Shown here piece by piece: positions 1 through 15,647 of a DNA stretch of 64,000 nt. The position numbers and the translations under genes were made by a program. The DNA is from Selaginella moellendorffii (lineage: Eukaryota; Plantae; Lycopodiophyta), in the NCBI RefSeq assembly GCF_000143415.4, contig NW_003314330.1:496001-560000 (forward strand). The letters run 5' to 3'. The notes beneath the pieces are model-generated. The model did not search any database. It was not told where the DNA came from and saw only the letters and a program-made list of their open reading frames with translations. Numbering within the stretch: position 1 is the stretch's first letter; each line of letters opens with the position of its first letter.

Positions 1-3000
1 GCAGCAGTTGGTACAATTGCTTGATGCTATGTGCTTACAATTGAATAATCAAACTCAATTGATGGCAATGTTCACAGCACGTGGTACAACTCTTCTTACT
101 CTTGGTGATAATCCTCGTGTTCGGCCAGAGTTCTTTCGCAGAAATCCTAGGGATGATGTGTACCATTGGTTCAATCACTTCACCATGATTGCCACATATT
201 ATTCTTGGGATGATGCTCAACGTTTGCGTGAGTTTCCCACGTGTCTCCAAGGGATGGCATTGCAATAGTACAATGGTCTGAGCACAGCCACTCGTGGGGA
301 TTGGAGTGTTCTCCCAGACATCTTCAAACGTGCCTTCGGACATGTCAACAATGGTGATGATGCCTTCCAACAATTGCATCATCTTCACCAAGGGCCATAT
401 GAGTCAGTGATGCAATTTGGCATTTGTTTCCGAAGTCTTTTGCTTCGTGCGGAGTCAAATATGTCGAAGCAGATCAAGCTAGGAATGTTGTGGCCAGCAT
501 TTCGTCAAAATCTTGTCAGACTTGTGCATGCACTTGCTCCTGCCACCCTTGACGATGCTCTTCACTTGGCACAATGTTATGAAACGTCACCTCTTCCACT
601 TCTTGCTGCCTGTCCTTCAGCTCCCCTTCCTATGGGTGATGGTCCTATTCCAATGGAGGTTGATGCTATTGTTGCTCGACCAAGGACAAGGGCGAGGATG
701 TGGTTGTGGCCATGATGTTCGCTGCTGGGCCTGTGATGAAGTTGGTCATACTTATCGGCGCTATCGGCGTTTTCCGGATTGGTGACCTCCATTTCCTGGG
801 TGGAGACCTTAGCGTCAGCAATGTCATATTGGTGTTGCTGCAGTGGAAGGTTTGGACATTGAGATGCATCCAGGAAACGAGGAGTTGCACGAGTAATGGA
901 GGGACCTTGCGCGAATAAGTCAGTGACCCTTCCATCTTTCTTTTGGGAGTATCATCAAGGGTTCATTCGGTACCGGTTCATCCAGTGTTTACTTTCCAAG
1001 CTTGTTTTTATAACAAGAGGTCTCCTATTATTCTCTCTGTGTTGGTTGATACAGGTTCGAGTTTATTTTCTATTGCTTGACCTGTTGCCACATGTTGCCG
1101 TCTACACTTGCGTCGTGCAGCAGAACCAGTTTTCATTCTTTATAGCAACAGCCGTACACATGCATGTGCACGGGATGAGGCAAACCTAGTTGTGCGTGTG
1201 GGCGATCTCGAGCTTGAGTTGCAGTCATTACGGGTGGTGCCGAGTCAAGCTTTTGACCTCATTCTTGGTATAGATTTGTTGTAGCGCAATCATGCCAAAT
1301 GTGACTTTGAGGCTTCTCCCCCTTGTCTCATACTTCCTTATGTTACATCCATTCCTCTCACTTCCATACCACTTTGTCCCTATACTTCTACCTCTGCTTC
1401 CATTACTTTTGTTCCCCCACTATTTCCTCCTATGTTTTCATCTTGTTCTGCTCTTCCCTTTTCCGATCCCTCCGATAGTCTTTGTGTTGCAGCGGTTGAC
1501 TAGCTCATGAAAGAGTATTCTAATCTCTTTGAATTTGATCTATCGTCTGGGGCCAAAATTGCCACACATCATCCCATTCCAACCGAGGATGCTCGTCCAA
1601 TCAAGGTTCCTATTTGTTATGGGTCACCCAAGGAGATCAAGATTTTACATGCAAATGTCAAGGAGATGTTGGAGAAGGGTGTTATTTAGAAGTCGCAGGG
1701 TCCTTGGGCATGTGAACCTCATCTTGTGACGAAACCTGATGGGAGTATTCGTTTCTGCATCGACTATCATCCGTTAAACGAAGTGACGATCCCAGATGTG
1801 TACCCTCTTCCTCACACTGCTGATCTCTTGGATCGTTTGGGGCGAAGTCGTTGGTTCACCAAGCTAGATCTTGCTTCTGGGTACTAGCAAGTACTGATGG
1901 CCGAAGAAGATATTCCTAAGATTTCTTTTCATACCCTGTTTGGTTTGTATGAGTTCTTGGTGATGCCGTTTGGTTTGAACAATGCTCCAGCAACTTTCCA
2001 ACAGATGATGGACGAGGTTCTTTGTGATATGCCAGAGGTGACTGCTGACTTCATTGATGATATCTTGATTCACTTGGAAGGGACGTGGGAGGAGAATATT
2101 TGTGATGTGTGTAAAGTGTTGAATCGGCTACGGGACGTTGGTTTAAAGTTGAAGCGATCAAAATGCGTGTTTGGGTCCAAGGACACGACTTATCTTGGGT
2201 ACCTATTTCTCGTGAAGGTTTGCAAGTTGATCCTGACAAACTTGTGGCTGTTCTAAAGTTCCCTACTCCGAAGTGTGTGAATGATCTGTAGCACTTCCTG
2301 GGAAATATGCAGTATCTTGGTCGTTTTGTGGATCATCTTTCTGATCACCCTGCACCGTTGCTAAAGTCATCAACATCATCTTTCATTTGGTCTTCAGATT
2401 GTGAGCAGGCGTTTGTGGATCTCAAAAAGATGTTGACGACTCCTTTGGTTTTGGCATATCCTAACTACACTCGACCTTTTATTTTGCACGTAGATGCTTC
2501 TGATATTGGTCTTGGAGGTGTGTTACAAGAAAGCCCGAGTGTGCCTGGTCAGTGTCATCCCATTGCATATATAAGTCGTACGTTACAACCAATAGAGGTG
2601 AACTACTCCACGACAGAGAAGGAGTGTTTAGCGACAGTTTGGGGTTTCGAGAAACTTCATGCATATCTACATGGTTCTCGAACGTTACTTGAAGGTGACC
2701 ATACTGCCGTTACTTCATTATTGAAGCGGAAAAACCTAGTCAGTCGTACTGCTCTGTGGGCTTTGAAGCTTCAGATATATGATTTTAATGTTGTTCATCG
2801 CCCAGGGAGTTCTATGGCTGATGCTGATGCCCTTTCTCGAGCTCCTCTTCCTTCTCCACTCTCTTCTCATGTTTTTGACGAGCATGTTGTTCCAGTATCT
2901 GTGGATTTTCTAAACGAGGATTCTGTGCCGTCGGGGGTTGCTGTACTTGATATTCAGTGTCCACAAGGCGCAGAGCAAGATCTACCTTCTCTTGATGAGG

Positions 3001-4512
3001 TCCACGAGGCTCAAAAGATTGCATCACTTGCTGATGACTTGCTTTTCCGGCATTTACATTCTCAATATCACCTTGAAAATGGCCTTCTTTATTTTGTGGG
3101 GACGGATCTTGATGATCATTTACGGCTGGTGGTGCCTTTTGTCTTTATCCCATAGTTTCTCCATGCCTACCATGATTCTCTTGTTCTAGGTGGGCATATG
3201 GGACATCGTCATATGACCGAAAAGCTGCATAGGTCTTTCTATTAGTCGGAGATGCGACGTGATATTATCCAGTATGTGCGTAGCTGCGTTTGGTGCCAAG
3301 CTCGTAATACTCCCCCTCGTGCTGCAGAAAGACTATTGGAGTCAATTACAGTTTCCCGTCCGTTTGAGTTGGTGACGTTTGATCTTATGGGACCTTTTCC
3401 ATGGTCGACTGTTGGCAATGAGTATGTTATTATTGCTTTTGACTACTTAATTCGTTGGGTGGAAGTTGGTGCTCTTGCTAGCGCCTCTGCAACTGTTGTT
3501 AGATACTTCCTCCTCAATCGAGTGATGTTTCAGCATTCTTGTCTAGAGCGGATTCTTTCAGATAATGGTTCCGCATTTATGGCTGAGGCATTTCGTGTTT
3601 TGACGTCTCGGTTGGGAATACGCCACACTTTCACAAGTGCTTATCATCCACAATCAGACGGTCTAGTGGAACGGCTTGTTCGGACATGCAAAGGGATGAT
3701 TGCAAAGTATATGAACTTTCAACATTCGGATTGGGATGGTTATTTATTGTCTCTTCGGTATGTCTATGTCACAGGGGTGTAGAGTTTTATTGGTGCTTCA
3801 CCATATAAACTCCTATATGGTCATGATCCAATATTACCAACGGAGCTAGGTTTACCTTCGCAATTGCCATGAGCTCCCGATGCTAAGTCGTAGGATCAAT
3901 ATTTGACGAGCATTCTTCCACTTGTCCGAGTAGAGTCTATTGAACACTTAGGCCGCGTACAAATGGGACAACAACAGTGCTACAACTCCCATCATCATCC
4001 ACCTGTGGAGTACAAAGTGGATGATTTGGTGTTAGTCTGTTTTCCCCATTTTATGGTACGTGGTTTATTTAAAGGGCTCCTTGCGCAGTGAAAAGGACTG
4101 TATCGGGTGTTGCGGCAAGTTGAACCACAAGTTTATGAAGTTCGACATGACATCTAGCAGGCCGATCCTCCGGAGATTGTGCATATGCAACGGTTAAAAC
4201 GCTTCATACAAATGGATCATGAACAATTAATACCACCTACAGATCCACCGATGCCTTCTCTTGACGTTCCTCTAAATCTTGGCTTGTCTACAAAAGAACC
4301 CTAACAGCCTTCCATTATTCCGAGAGGAGGGGATGATGTGAGGGCTAAGTGTACAGCTACGATGCCGTATATTAATATTAGCGTAATAGGATTTTAATAG
4401 CCGTTGGATTGGTTTCAATCCGAACCTCTCACTCCTGTATATAAGTTAGGGTTTTTGAGTTAATTAATATGCATATTTTCTATATTCCCTTTCCATATTC
4501 TAAACACTCACA
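1..4512 (+). mobile_element. Degenerate Ty3/Gypsy LTR retrotransposon, 5' part outside the window (gag, protease region, RT, RNase H, integrase, PPT, 3' LTR)
   Basis: Gag-like ORFs with the PIPMEVDA motif and a decayed Zn knuckle CWACDEVGH. RT motifs KLDLASGY*Q, YEFLVMPFGLNNAPATFQ and FIDD. RNase H FILHVDASDIGLGGVL and NYSTTEKECLA. Integrase CVWCQ, PFELVTFDLMGP, ILSDNGSAF and SAYHPQSDGLVER. Order RT-RH-INT indicates Gypsy. Many in-frame stops and frameshifts. Confidence 0.95.
4337..4512 (+). repeat. 3' LTR (176 bp) of the Gypsy element, preceded by a polypurine tract
   Basis: PPT GAGAGGAGGGGATGA at 4322-4336, then TGTGAG...CTCACA inverted termini. Internal TATATAAG near 4438. Homologous to 59930-60028. 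Confidence 0.8.
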
Positions 4513-4620
4513 TTTTCATATTATTTATTATTATTTTATTTGTATTAAATTAATGAGAAAACCTTTATTTCTTACCTTTATCTTTGTTTTTTCTTAGCGA
4601 GTCAAGTTCGATTCACTCTC

Positions 4621-4725
4621 GCGGTCGACCACAAGATAAGCTGGAATTTGTAAGCCGTCGGATCGCTATCCCGCTCTGGTCTTGACGGTCAGGATCTCTC
4701 GAGCCAGGATACTCCAATCAAATCC
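4621..4725 (+). promoter_or_regulatory. Putative light-responsive promoter of LHCB4 (I-box, CCAAT)
   Basis: GATAAG at 4635-4640 and CCAAT near 4714, upstream of the LHCB4 ATG. Motif match only. Confidence 0.35.
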
Positions 4726-4768
4726 CCTGTTTGTAGAGAAAGAGCGCACGCCCAGGAGGAGCATAGCT

Positions 4769-5740
4769 ATGGCGTCGGCTCTTGCTGCCTCGTCCTTCAC
4801 GGGCTGTGGCGTCCGCGATCTCGTGGGCTATGCCGCCGCCTCGTCGACATCACAGGTCGCGTCACGGAGCAGCGGCATTGTAGCGCGATTTGGACTCGGG
4901 AAGAAGAAGGGCACCAAGAAGGTGACCAAGAAATCCTCCTCGTCGGGCGGTGCAAATCGCCCGCTGTGGTTTCCGGGGGCGAAATGCCCAGACTACCTCG
5001 ACGGATCGCTGGTGGGCGACTATGGATTCGATCCACTTGGACTTGGTAAGCCCCCAACCTATCTCCAATTCGATGTGGATTCGCTGGATTCGAGCCTCGC
5101 CAAGAACATGCCTGGCGAGCTCCTGGGCGAGCGTGTCGAGGATCTGTCGACAATCCGGGCCACTCCCCTCCAGCCTTACACGGAGATCTTTGGACTCCAG
5201 AGGTTCCGCGAGTGCGAGCTCATCCATGGCCGCTGGGCAATGCTTGCGACCCTTGGCGCGATCGCGGTGGAGACTTTCACTGGCGTTACTTGGCAAGATG
5301 CTGGCAAGGTAAGCTCCTAGTCTCTATCCTCTTTCGTCATCGGATGATCATCTAATTGCTCCTGGACGGATGAAATGCAGGTGGAATTGGACCAAGGGCC
5401 CAGCTACTTTGGATTCTCTCTGCCATTCACCATCACCGCGCTGGTGTGGATCGAAGTCCTGGTGATTGGATTCATTGAATTCCAAAGAAACACGGAGCTC
5501 GATCCAGAGAAGCGGCTGTACCCTGGCGGGAGCTACTTTGATCCGCTTGGGCTGGCGGCGGATCCCGAGAGGAAGGAGGTGCTAAAGCTGGCGGAGATCA
5601 AGCACGCGAGGCTGGCGATGGTGGCGGCGTTTGGATTCGCTGTGCAGGCGGCAGCCACGGGCAAGGGGCCACTCGACAATTGGGTCACCCACTTGAGCGA
5701 TCCCCTTCACACCACCATCATCGACACCTTCTCCAAGTAG
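4769..5740 (+). CDS. LHCB4: Chlorophyll a/b-binding protein CP29 (exons 4769-5308, 5381-5740)
   Basis: Transit peptide, [23 protein letters not shown], the CP29-specific insert [36 protein letters not shown] and [17 protein letters not shown] intron 5309-5380. Confidence 0.96.
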
Positions 5741-5894
5741 AAATCTTTCAATAAAGAGTGAGAAAGAAGACTGGTATAGCTCGCTCTTCCTTTGGCTAAT
5801 CGAATCGACCAAGACCAATCAATCGAAAGGAAGATAAAAGAACGTTTGTGAAAAAGTTAACAATTATTAAACTTAATGCTTATATAATTAAATG

Positions 5895-7994
5895 CTAAGA
5901 AGATTTGAAATTATTTGTCAGGAAGAGCTTAGCAATTAGATCATGCCCGGCAGTGTCCCGGTGATCCAGCTTCATGAGAGATTGGAATGCATCGCGGGCG
6001 ATTTCTCGATTCCTCCACTTCCCACACGCACTCAGCAGTGTTCTCCACGTCACTGCATTGGGCTCGAATGGCATCGACCGGATCATCGCCACGGCCTCAC
6101 TGATGCGATTGGAGCGGCCCAGGAGATCGATCACGCAGTGGTAGTGCTCAATCCCAACCCGAATTCCACTACCAGCCAAGATCATTGCCTCGAAAATCTT
6201 CTTCCCTTGATCAACCAGCCCCATATGGTTGCACAGCGTGAGAATCGAAAGGAGGGTCACACTATCCGGCGCCAATCCCTCATCGTGCATCTGGAAGAAG
6301 AGCTCAAACGCGCGAATCACGTCGCCGTGGCGCGCATAGCCACCAATGAGTGCGTTCCACGTCACTGGATTCCTTTTGCACGAGTCAAAGATTCTCCTGG
6401 CATCTTTCAAGTCGCCGGCCTTTGCATAGCAGTCAACCAGGGCCGTCTCGAGCGCGTCGGCCCATTGACCACATTGACCGTGGATCATTCCTTGCCGGCA
6501 AGCTTCGCCATGGATCGATCGCAAAGGGCTTCTGGCAATGCTGCCACAGGCCTTGATCGCCGCGAGAAATATTGATTCGCGGAAGGTCTCTCCTCCTTGA
6601 TCCCCAAGTTCTTGGAGCTTCCAAAAGAGTTCCACTGCGATCTCTCCCTCGCTACTCTCAGCGTAACCCAGCAAGAGCGAGGTCCACAGCACAGCAGCGT
6701 CGTCGATGGAGCTTCCATGGATTGGAATTCGATCGAAGACACTCCGTGCATCGATCATACTCCCGCATTTGGAGTACATGTCGATCAAGCTGCTAGCTAG
6801 AAGCGAATCTATAAGTTCCACCCCTCCGCCACTCCTGCGGACGATCAGGGAGTGAACTGCGAGTCCTCGCTTGAGGCTATCGATCTTGACGTTCTTGGCT
6901 GAGATTTCCTGGTCGGCTTCTTTCACAGCAAGGCTCGAGCAGGCTCTTACGGCAGCAGCGAATGTGAGTCGATCCGGCGAGCACGTCATAAGCTCGAGTA
7001 GATCGAGAGCGCATTTTTCTTCGTGGTTTTGAGCGTAGGCCATAAGTAGCGCGTTCCAGGAGACGACATCGTGGCTGTGCATTCGATCGAAGATCCGGCG
7101 AGCGTCGATCAAGCTCCCACAGCTGGAGTACATGTCGATCAGTGTGCTAGCCAGGAAGAGATTGGAGCAGCAGTCCAAGCCGAAGTTGAGTGCTTTAGCA
7201 TGCAAAGCCATGCCAGTTTCCAAAAACTTACAAGTGCTCCGTCCTTCCTCATGAGACTCTCGTGCTACTCGAGCACAAGCCTTGAAACCAACCACAAAAG
7301 TTCGATCGTCAACCATGGACGATCTCTCTTGAGTGATTTTTGAGAAGAGATCCAGAGCAACTTGACTTTGAGAGCCCATGATGTAACCCAGAAGCAATAT
7401 GTTCCATGGATAAATCCCATGCGCTGGCATTTTTTCGAAAGCTCTCTTAGCATCCACTATAGAGCAAGAACTCTCGCGAGTAAGTGCATTGAGAAATGCA
7501 GTCCAAGTGACAAAATCTCGCTGAGGCATCTCGTCAAAAAGATTTTGTACCTGTTGTATACAATGCCCGGGCGCGGCAACTGCATTCATTATTGACCCCC
7601 ACGAAACTACACTCCTTTCCGGAATTTTCTCGAAAACAAGCAGCGCATTTTCAACGCTTCCATATTTTGCGCAAGCATTTAGAAGTTTGTTCCACGAGGA
7701 TACGTCTTTCTGTCCCATTCTAGTGAAAAAGTTCCAAACATCACACAAACACCCGTTCTGGGCATAAGCTTTGAGCATTATGTTCCACGAGAAGAGGTCG
7801 GGGTTTATGATCCCGTGGAAAACTTGGGCTGCATTTTGGATGCTCCCGCAGTTCCCGTACATTTCTATGAGCTTGTTAGCTAGGAACCTACTGTATTGGT
7901 ACTCTGTTTGCAGAATTTGCATGTGAATTCTTTTGCCAGTTTTTAGACTGTGGCATTGTTTGAGAGATTGAGCAAAATCACCTATAGATGGCAT
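5895..7994 (-). CDS. PLS-class pentatricopeptide repeat protein with C-terminal E-type motif and no DYW domain; intronless
   Basis: Repeated LIDMYSKCGS..DARxVFDRM..DVVSWNALL motifs. C-terminal HYHCVIDLLGRSNRISEA..MPFEPNAVTWRTLLSAC. Likely ATG at 7994 (the ORF track starts at a TTG, 8072). Confidence 0.92.
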   Translation of the reverse strand: MPSIGDFAQSLKQCHSLKTGKRIHMQILQTEYQYSRFLANKLIEMYGNCGSIQNAAQVFHGIINPDLFSWNIMLKAYAQNGCLCDVWNFFTRMGQKDVSSWNKLLNACAKYGSVENALLVFEKIPERSVVSWGSIMNAVAAPGHCIQQVQNLFDEMPQRDFVTWTAFLNALTRESSCSIVDAKRAFEKMPAHGIYPWNILLLGYIMGSQSQVALDLFSKITQERSSMVDDRTFVVGFKACARVARESHEEGRSTCKFLETGMALHAKALNFGLDCCSNLFLASTLIDMYSSCGSLIDARRIFDRMHSHDVVSWNALLMAYAQNHEEKCALDLLELMTCSPDRLTFAAAVRACSSLAVKEADQEISAKNVKIDSLKRGLAVHSLIVRRSGGGVELIDSLLASSLIDMYSKCGSMIDARSVFDRIPIHGSSIDDAAVLWTSLLLGYAESSEGEIAVELFWKLQELGDQGGETFRESIFLAAIKACGSIARSPLRSIHGEACRQGMIHGQCGQWADALETALVDCYAKAGDLKDARRIFDSCKRNPVTWNALIGGYARHGDVIRAFELFFQMHDEGLAPDSVTLLSILTLCNHMGLVDQGKKIFEAMILAGSGIRVGIEHYHCVIDLLGRSNRISEAVAMIRSMPFEPNAVTWRTLLSACGKWRNREIARDAFQSLMKLDHRDTAGHDLIAKLFLTNNFKSS

Positions 7995-9930
7995 TAGTGA
8001 GCTGACATGAAAGAATAATGAGGATTCACCATCATAAACAGCCTTGGTTAAAGTTTGGAGAGAAAAGATCAATCCCAGTAAGGCACAATCAAGAGTGTAA
8101 ATATAATCATAAAGAAAAAAATATTCAACATGTTTATTATTTTTTATGAATGTTTAAAAAATGTTAATATATTTATTATTTTCATATAAAATATAAAAAA
8201 AAACAGTTATTTAAATACATTGCACTTCATGGATAAAAACAAATGACTATAAAAATTTCAAAAAATGATTATGGACAATGAGTATTCATTTAATGATGAA
8301 AAGTAGATCTCAATTATAAAAAAATTCCAAATATCTAGCCTCACTGTTCATTTATATATTTAACATTTTGGAAATACTAATTTCATTTTATTTCAAATTT
8401 ATTTCCAAAATATATATATTTTAAAAAATTAAATTATAAATATAATTGAGAAAAAATATTATAAAGATTGAAAGCTTATCTAATATATTATCTTTAATGC
8501 ACTTTCTACTATTTCTAATTTTTGGCATTATAACAATATTCATTTCCTCTTCAATATAAAAACTTTCAATTTAAAATGTCATATATATCATTATGTTAAA
8601 CAAATAAAATTTATAAATCATGTAAAAAATTTAAACTTAAAATTATTTAACTCCTTCAATAAGTACAAATTTATTTTCCGAATGGATCTTTAACCACTCT
8701 ACTCAAACCATTCAAGTAATTTGCATGAAAATCTTTTCACATGAGATGCTATCATCTAAAAGACTAATGTATTCACCTCATATATAATACTAAATCATTA
8801 AATTATCATCTAGAATTTTACAAATGCTAAAACAAAAAATTATTTAATCATTTTGAAAAGAGAGTATAAAATTAAATTTTATAAAAAAATTATGGCTATG
8901 GATTTATATTGACTTAAATATAGTGAAAAGGTGAAATGCATTATTCAAAAGACTTGTTAAATTTAAAGTATTAAATTAATATGTTATTTTAAGGATAATA
9001 CAGATTTATTTTCAAAACTATTGGCATATAAATACTTTTTTTCCATTTTTTTCATATTTAAAGTCATACAAAAGCATTCATTATAGCTAAGTAATTTAAA
9101 TAAATGAATTATTTTTATACTTTAATCAATTTAATATGTTAATAAAATAGAATTTTAAATTTTTATGATATTAAATCTCAAAATATAATTTCCAAAAAAA
9201 TTATAAAAATGTTTTTAAAATGTTTTTCAAATATTACATGATTGTTAATCATAATTTAGCCATAGCAATAATTTCTTCGAATAAAATTATTGCATTAATA
9301 AGGTATCTGTGATGGTGATAACTATATTGTCAATAAATAAAGAAAAACAAAAAGTTTTAATTAATCTGTCAAAATTATAATAACTACTTAATTAATATTT
9401 TTGGTATTAAATATTCCTTTTGCCTGAGAAGATTGAATCACTTTTTTCTCTAAACTTTTTAAAATATATTGCATAGTTAACCTTTGTATATTAGTGAACA
9501 AAGTTTTTTGTCCTTGTGAGTGTACTTATCATTAAAATATAACCTTGTTTTATATTTGAAACTTATTCTTCTCCAATTAAATTGCATTATCGTACTCAAT
9601 TATTTGGTATAAGTTTTTAGAATATAAACACACTATAATAGTACTTTGAATTTTATGATAATTATTTTTTTCTACTTATTTAAAATTGTGGTTTTCATGA
9701 CAAAGCAGACAATGGTTGCTAGGCTTTAAAAGTTTAATGTTTATATGTAATAGCAATCCACACATACAGTTCCAAGAGGCTTAGTTTAGATTGTATTTAC
9801 TTAATGATTTTAAATTTGATACACTTATAGTAGCTAATTATAGTTCTTATCATATTTTTTAATTTATATTTTAATATAAAACTTAAAATTAAAATGTTCT
9901 TTTGATTAAATATATTTGATTTAGTTATTA

Positions 9931-10217
9931 TCTATAATAATAAGAACAAAGGGGCCAAACCCCTGCATCCGTCCGATCCCGGGCCCAGGGCAACCTCGGA
10001 AGCCATGGTTCTCTGGAAGGGGAGTCCACCCCAAGCGTGGGCCAGGGTTGGTGGCCATGGTTAGCCAAAATATTGGCTCAATGTTGTGGCAGCTAATGGG
10101 CGGGATGCATGTGTGGTCGGGAAGAGAAGAGGGCATGGTGACAACACCATGCACTCCTAAGGCTCCATAGTTGCTCTACTTACTTGCGGTGCATAGCATT
10201 TGCTAGGTAAGTACTTG
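9931..10217 (+). mobile_element. Non-autonomous mini-Helitron (287 bp)
   Basis: GC-rich island in AT-rich DNA. Begins A|TCTATAATAAT and ends CTTG|T. Subterminal hairpin TAGCA-TT-TGCTA. The terminal 23 nt closely match the 3' end of the RepHel Helitron at 60029-60051. Confidence 0.75.
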
Positions 10218-12090
10218 TAATATAATAAACTGCAAACTTGATTTTCTAATGCATGAGTGTCTTACTTTATAATTCAATATTGCAAAACCTATTTAACACT
10301 GGAAATGAAACAATGTTTGCCTTAATATATTTAAGTTTTATATTTCTGACATTCAATTATGTTGAGTAATATTAAAGTAAAAGTAATTATAAATGTAATT
10401 TTACATTAATATATAAAAGTATTTATCAATTTGAATTATAAAATAAATTTATTTTTGTAAATAAAATTGAATCTCATTTATAAGATCTTGTTAGTGTAAA
10501 CCACTCTTAATAATTACTAATAACATGTATTTAAAAATTAATATACTAAACGACATGATTCAACTTGACCAAGCATTAGATCTTTATATTTATATGAAGT
10601 AAATGAGATTTACTTCATCATTTTTTTCACCTATTATTTTAACATCATACCAAAATTCAGTTTTTCCTCTCCAATGTCTTTCAAATTCAATCCATAATTA
10701 TTTTCTATCTTTGATATTAATAACTTTTATTATAGTATCTTTATATTGACAATGTAGTTTTGAATTAAAACCCACTAAATTGTAAATATAAGCTTTATGA
10801 GTATTGGAAATAGAAAAACTTAAAAATACAGCTAAAAATAGATAAACCATTTTACAATTTTGTAATATTATATAATATTTAACAAGAAAAAACTTATTTT
10901 TTATATTTAGTAGAATATTTAACAAGACAAGTGTTTTTATTAAGAAATTCTGTATTTAAAAATAAGAAAATTAGCTTTAAGTTCTTGTTTCTTTTGAGAA
11001 TATTTTAAAAGAGTAGGATGTTTTAATGAGTGAAAATATTTTTTTATTTTCTCGAGGTATAGTCGATATCCCTAATATGTCTTGATATTCTGATATATTT
11101 TACCATCTAACGGATTTAGATTTTTTTTAAAATAAATTCTAAAACATGTTTACTTTCTTAAATAAGAGTTACATCCTTACAATTTATATTTTGCCTTGGT
11201 CTTACAATTTATATTTTGGTTTTGATGGCTTTGTTCATCTCTTACAGGATCAAATATGAAACACCATGGATCCAGTTCTAAATTGCTACATAGTGTACTT
11301 TTAGAGCTTTAAATTATCAAAAGACCACCATCTCCACTTTTTATATGCCCACTGTTTGGTTTTCTATTTTTTAATTTAGTTTTGTGTTAAGTGTTGCTCT
11401 ATTCTTTTGAATTATAATATATATTCCTTCCATTTCAATTTCAAAATGCATTTAATAATGTCAAGAATGGTGCACCAAAAATAGTCCTATTAGCCTAATC
11501 CCACATTAAAGCCTCCTCTTGCCTCCATGAAATAAAGTGCCACCATGGAAGAGATAGAGAGGGTGGGGACAGGGAGTATCTCAAACATTAAGAGTTGAAG
11601 GTAAAGATTACCCTCAAGGGGAAAAGGAATATCCTGTTTTACCAACTTATATTCCCTGCAACATTGTTGATTATCTCACACAATGGCAGAAAACGTCTCC
11701 CATATCCGGCTGCTGGATTTAATGGACAAATCTGATCATAGCCCCCTGGCCTTTCGACTACAAACTACAGAGGCTTACCTTTGTATGACTGAGGACAGCC
11801 GCAAGGGACGAGGCAGGACAACACTGATGCCAACGAGATTGGACGAAATGGTTATGGCAATTGTCATAGCTACATATTTTAACGGGCTACAGCAATTATC
11901 ACATATACATATTTCATCGGACTTTTGTAAATAATATATGAATGAATGAATTAAACAATGTATAAATGAAGGCAGCAAATTTAGTCCAATATACAGCCAA
12001 ACGAAATGAATGAATGAATGAATTGTCTCTAAAAATTCCTACAAAAAAATTCTACACAAAACAATCAACCGGTAGATCCAGTCGTCCAGA

Positions 12091-12471
12091 TCAAGGAATC
12101 CCAAAGAGAACCAGCACTCCAGCGAGCATCAGCCACACAAGATGGACGAGAAGCAAAGCCTGCCCGGCCATGGCGCCCTTTCCCAAACCTCCTCCATTTC
12201 CAGGGCTACAGTAGCCGGTGTGCGAGATCTCCACGCCGTCGCAAGCGGCATCGCGAGAGCCACACCAATACGTCACGCCGTTCGCCCCACACACTGGATC
12301 CGCGCGCAGGCAGCTCACCGGGCACTCGATCTTGGCGGCATCTCCCCCGTCTAGAACCCTAGAACCTGAATCGATGATCGACAAGCGCTGGTCGTCCTGA
12401 TCGCCGGAGACGAGCGCCAGAAATGCAAGGAGCTGGAGCGCCCACAAGAGCGAATTCTTCTTCCTTCCCAT
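12091..12471 (-). CDS. Kazal-type serine protease inhibitor with signal peptide and C-terminal membrane anchor
   Basis: Hydrophobic N-terminus, CPVSCLRADPVCGANGVTYWCGSRDAAC..C Kazal cysteine pattern, hydrophobic C-terminus QALLLVHLVWLMLAGVLVLFG. Confidence 0.88.
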   Translation of the reverse strand: MGRKKNSLLWALQLLAFLALVSGDQDDQRLSIIDSGSRVLDGGDAAKIECPVSCLRADPVCGANGVTYWCGSRDAACDGVEISHTGYCSPGNGGGLGKGAMAGQALLLVHLVWLMLAGVLVLFGIP

Positions 12472-12637
12472 CGATTCATACCCTAACACGCGTTCTTTCT
12501 TTCGCAACGTTTATTTGTAAGAACGGAGGTTATTAACAATGCATATCCCAGAGAATCAACTTGTACTTAAATCAAAAGAAACACATCAAAAATTCATTTT
12601 AAAGGCCAAAAAAGAAGGAAAAAAATCTCGCTCACGC

Positions 12638-15647
<3,010 letters not shown>

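Noticed and set aside
8100-11450. AT-rich tract as organellar insertion, foreign DNA or a specific TE
   Set aside because: No recognisable organellar genes or TE motifs other than the mini-Helitron, so it cannot be assigned.
11500-11978. Short ORFs upstream of the Kazal gene 3' end
   Set aside because: No recognisable domain or consistent exon structure.
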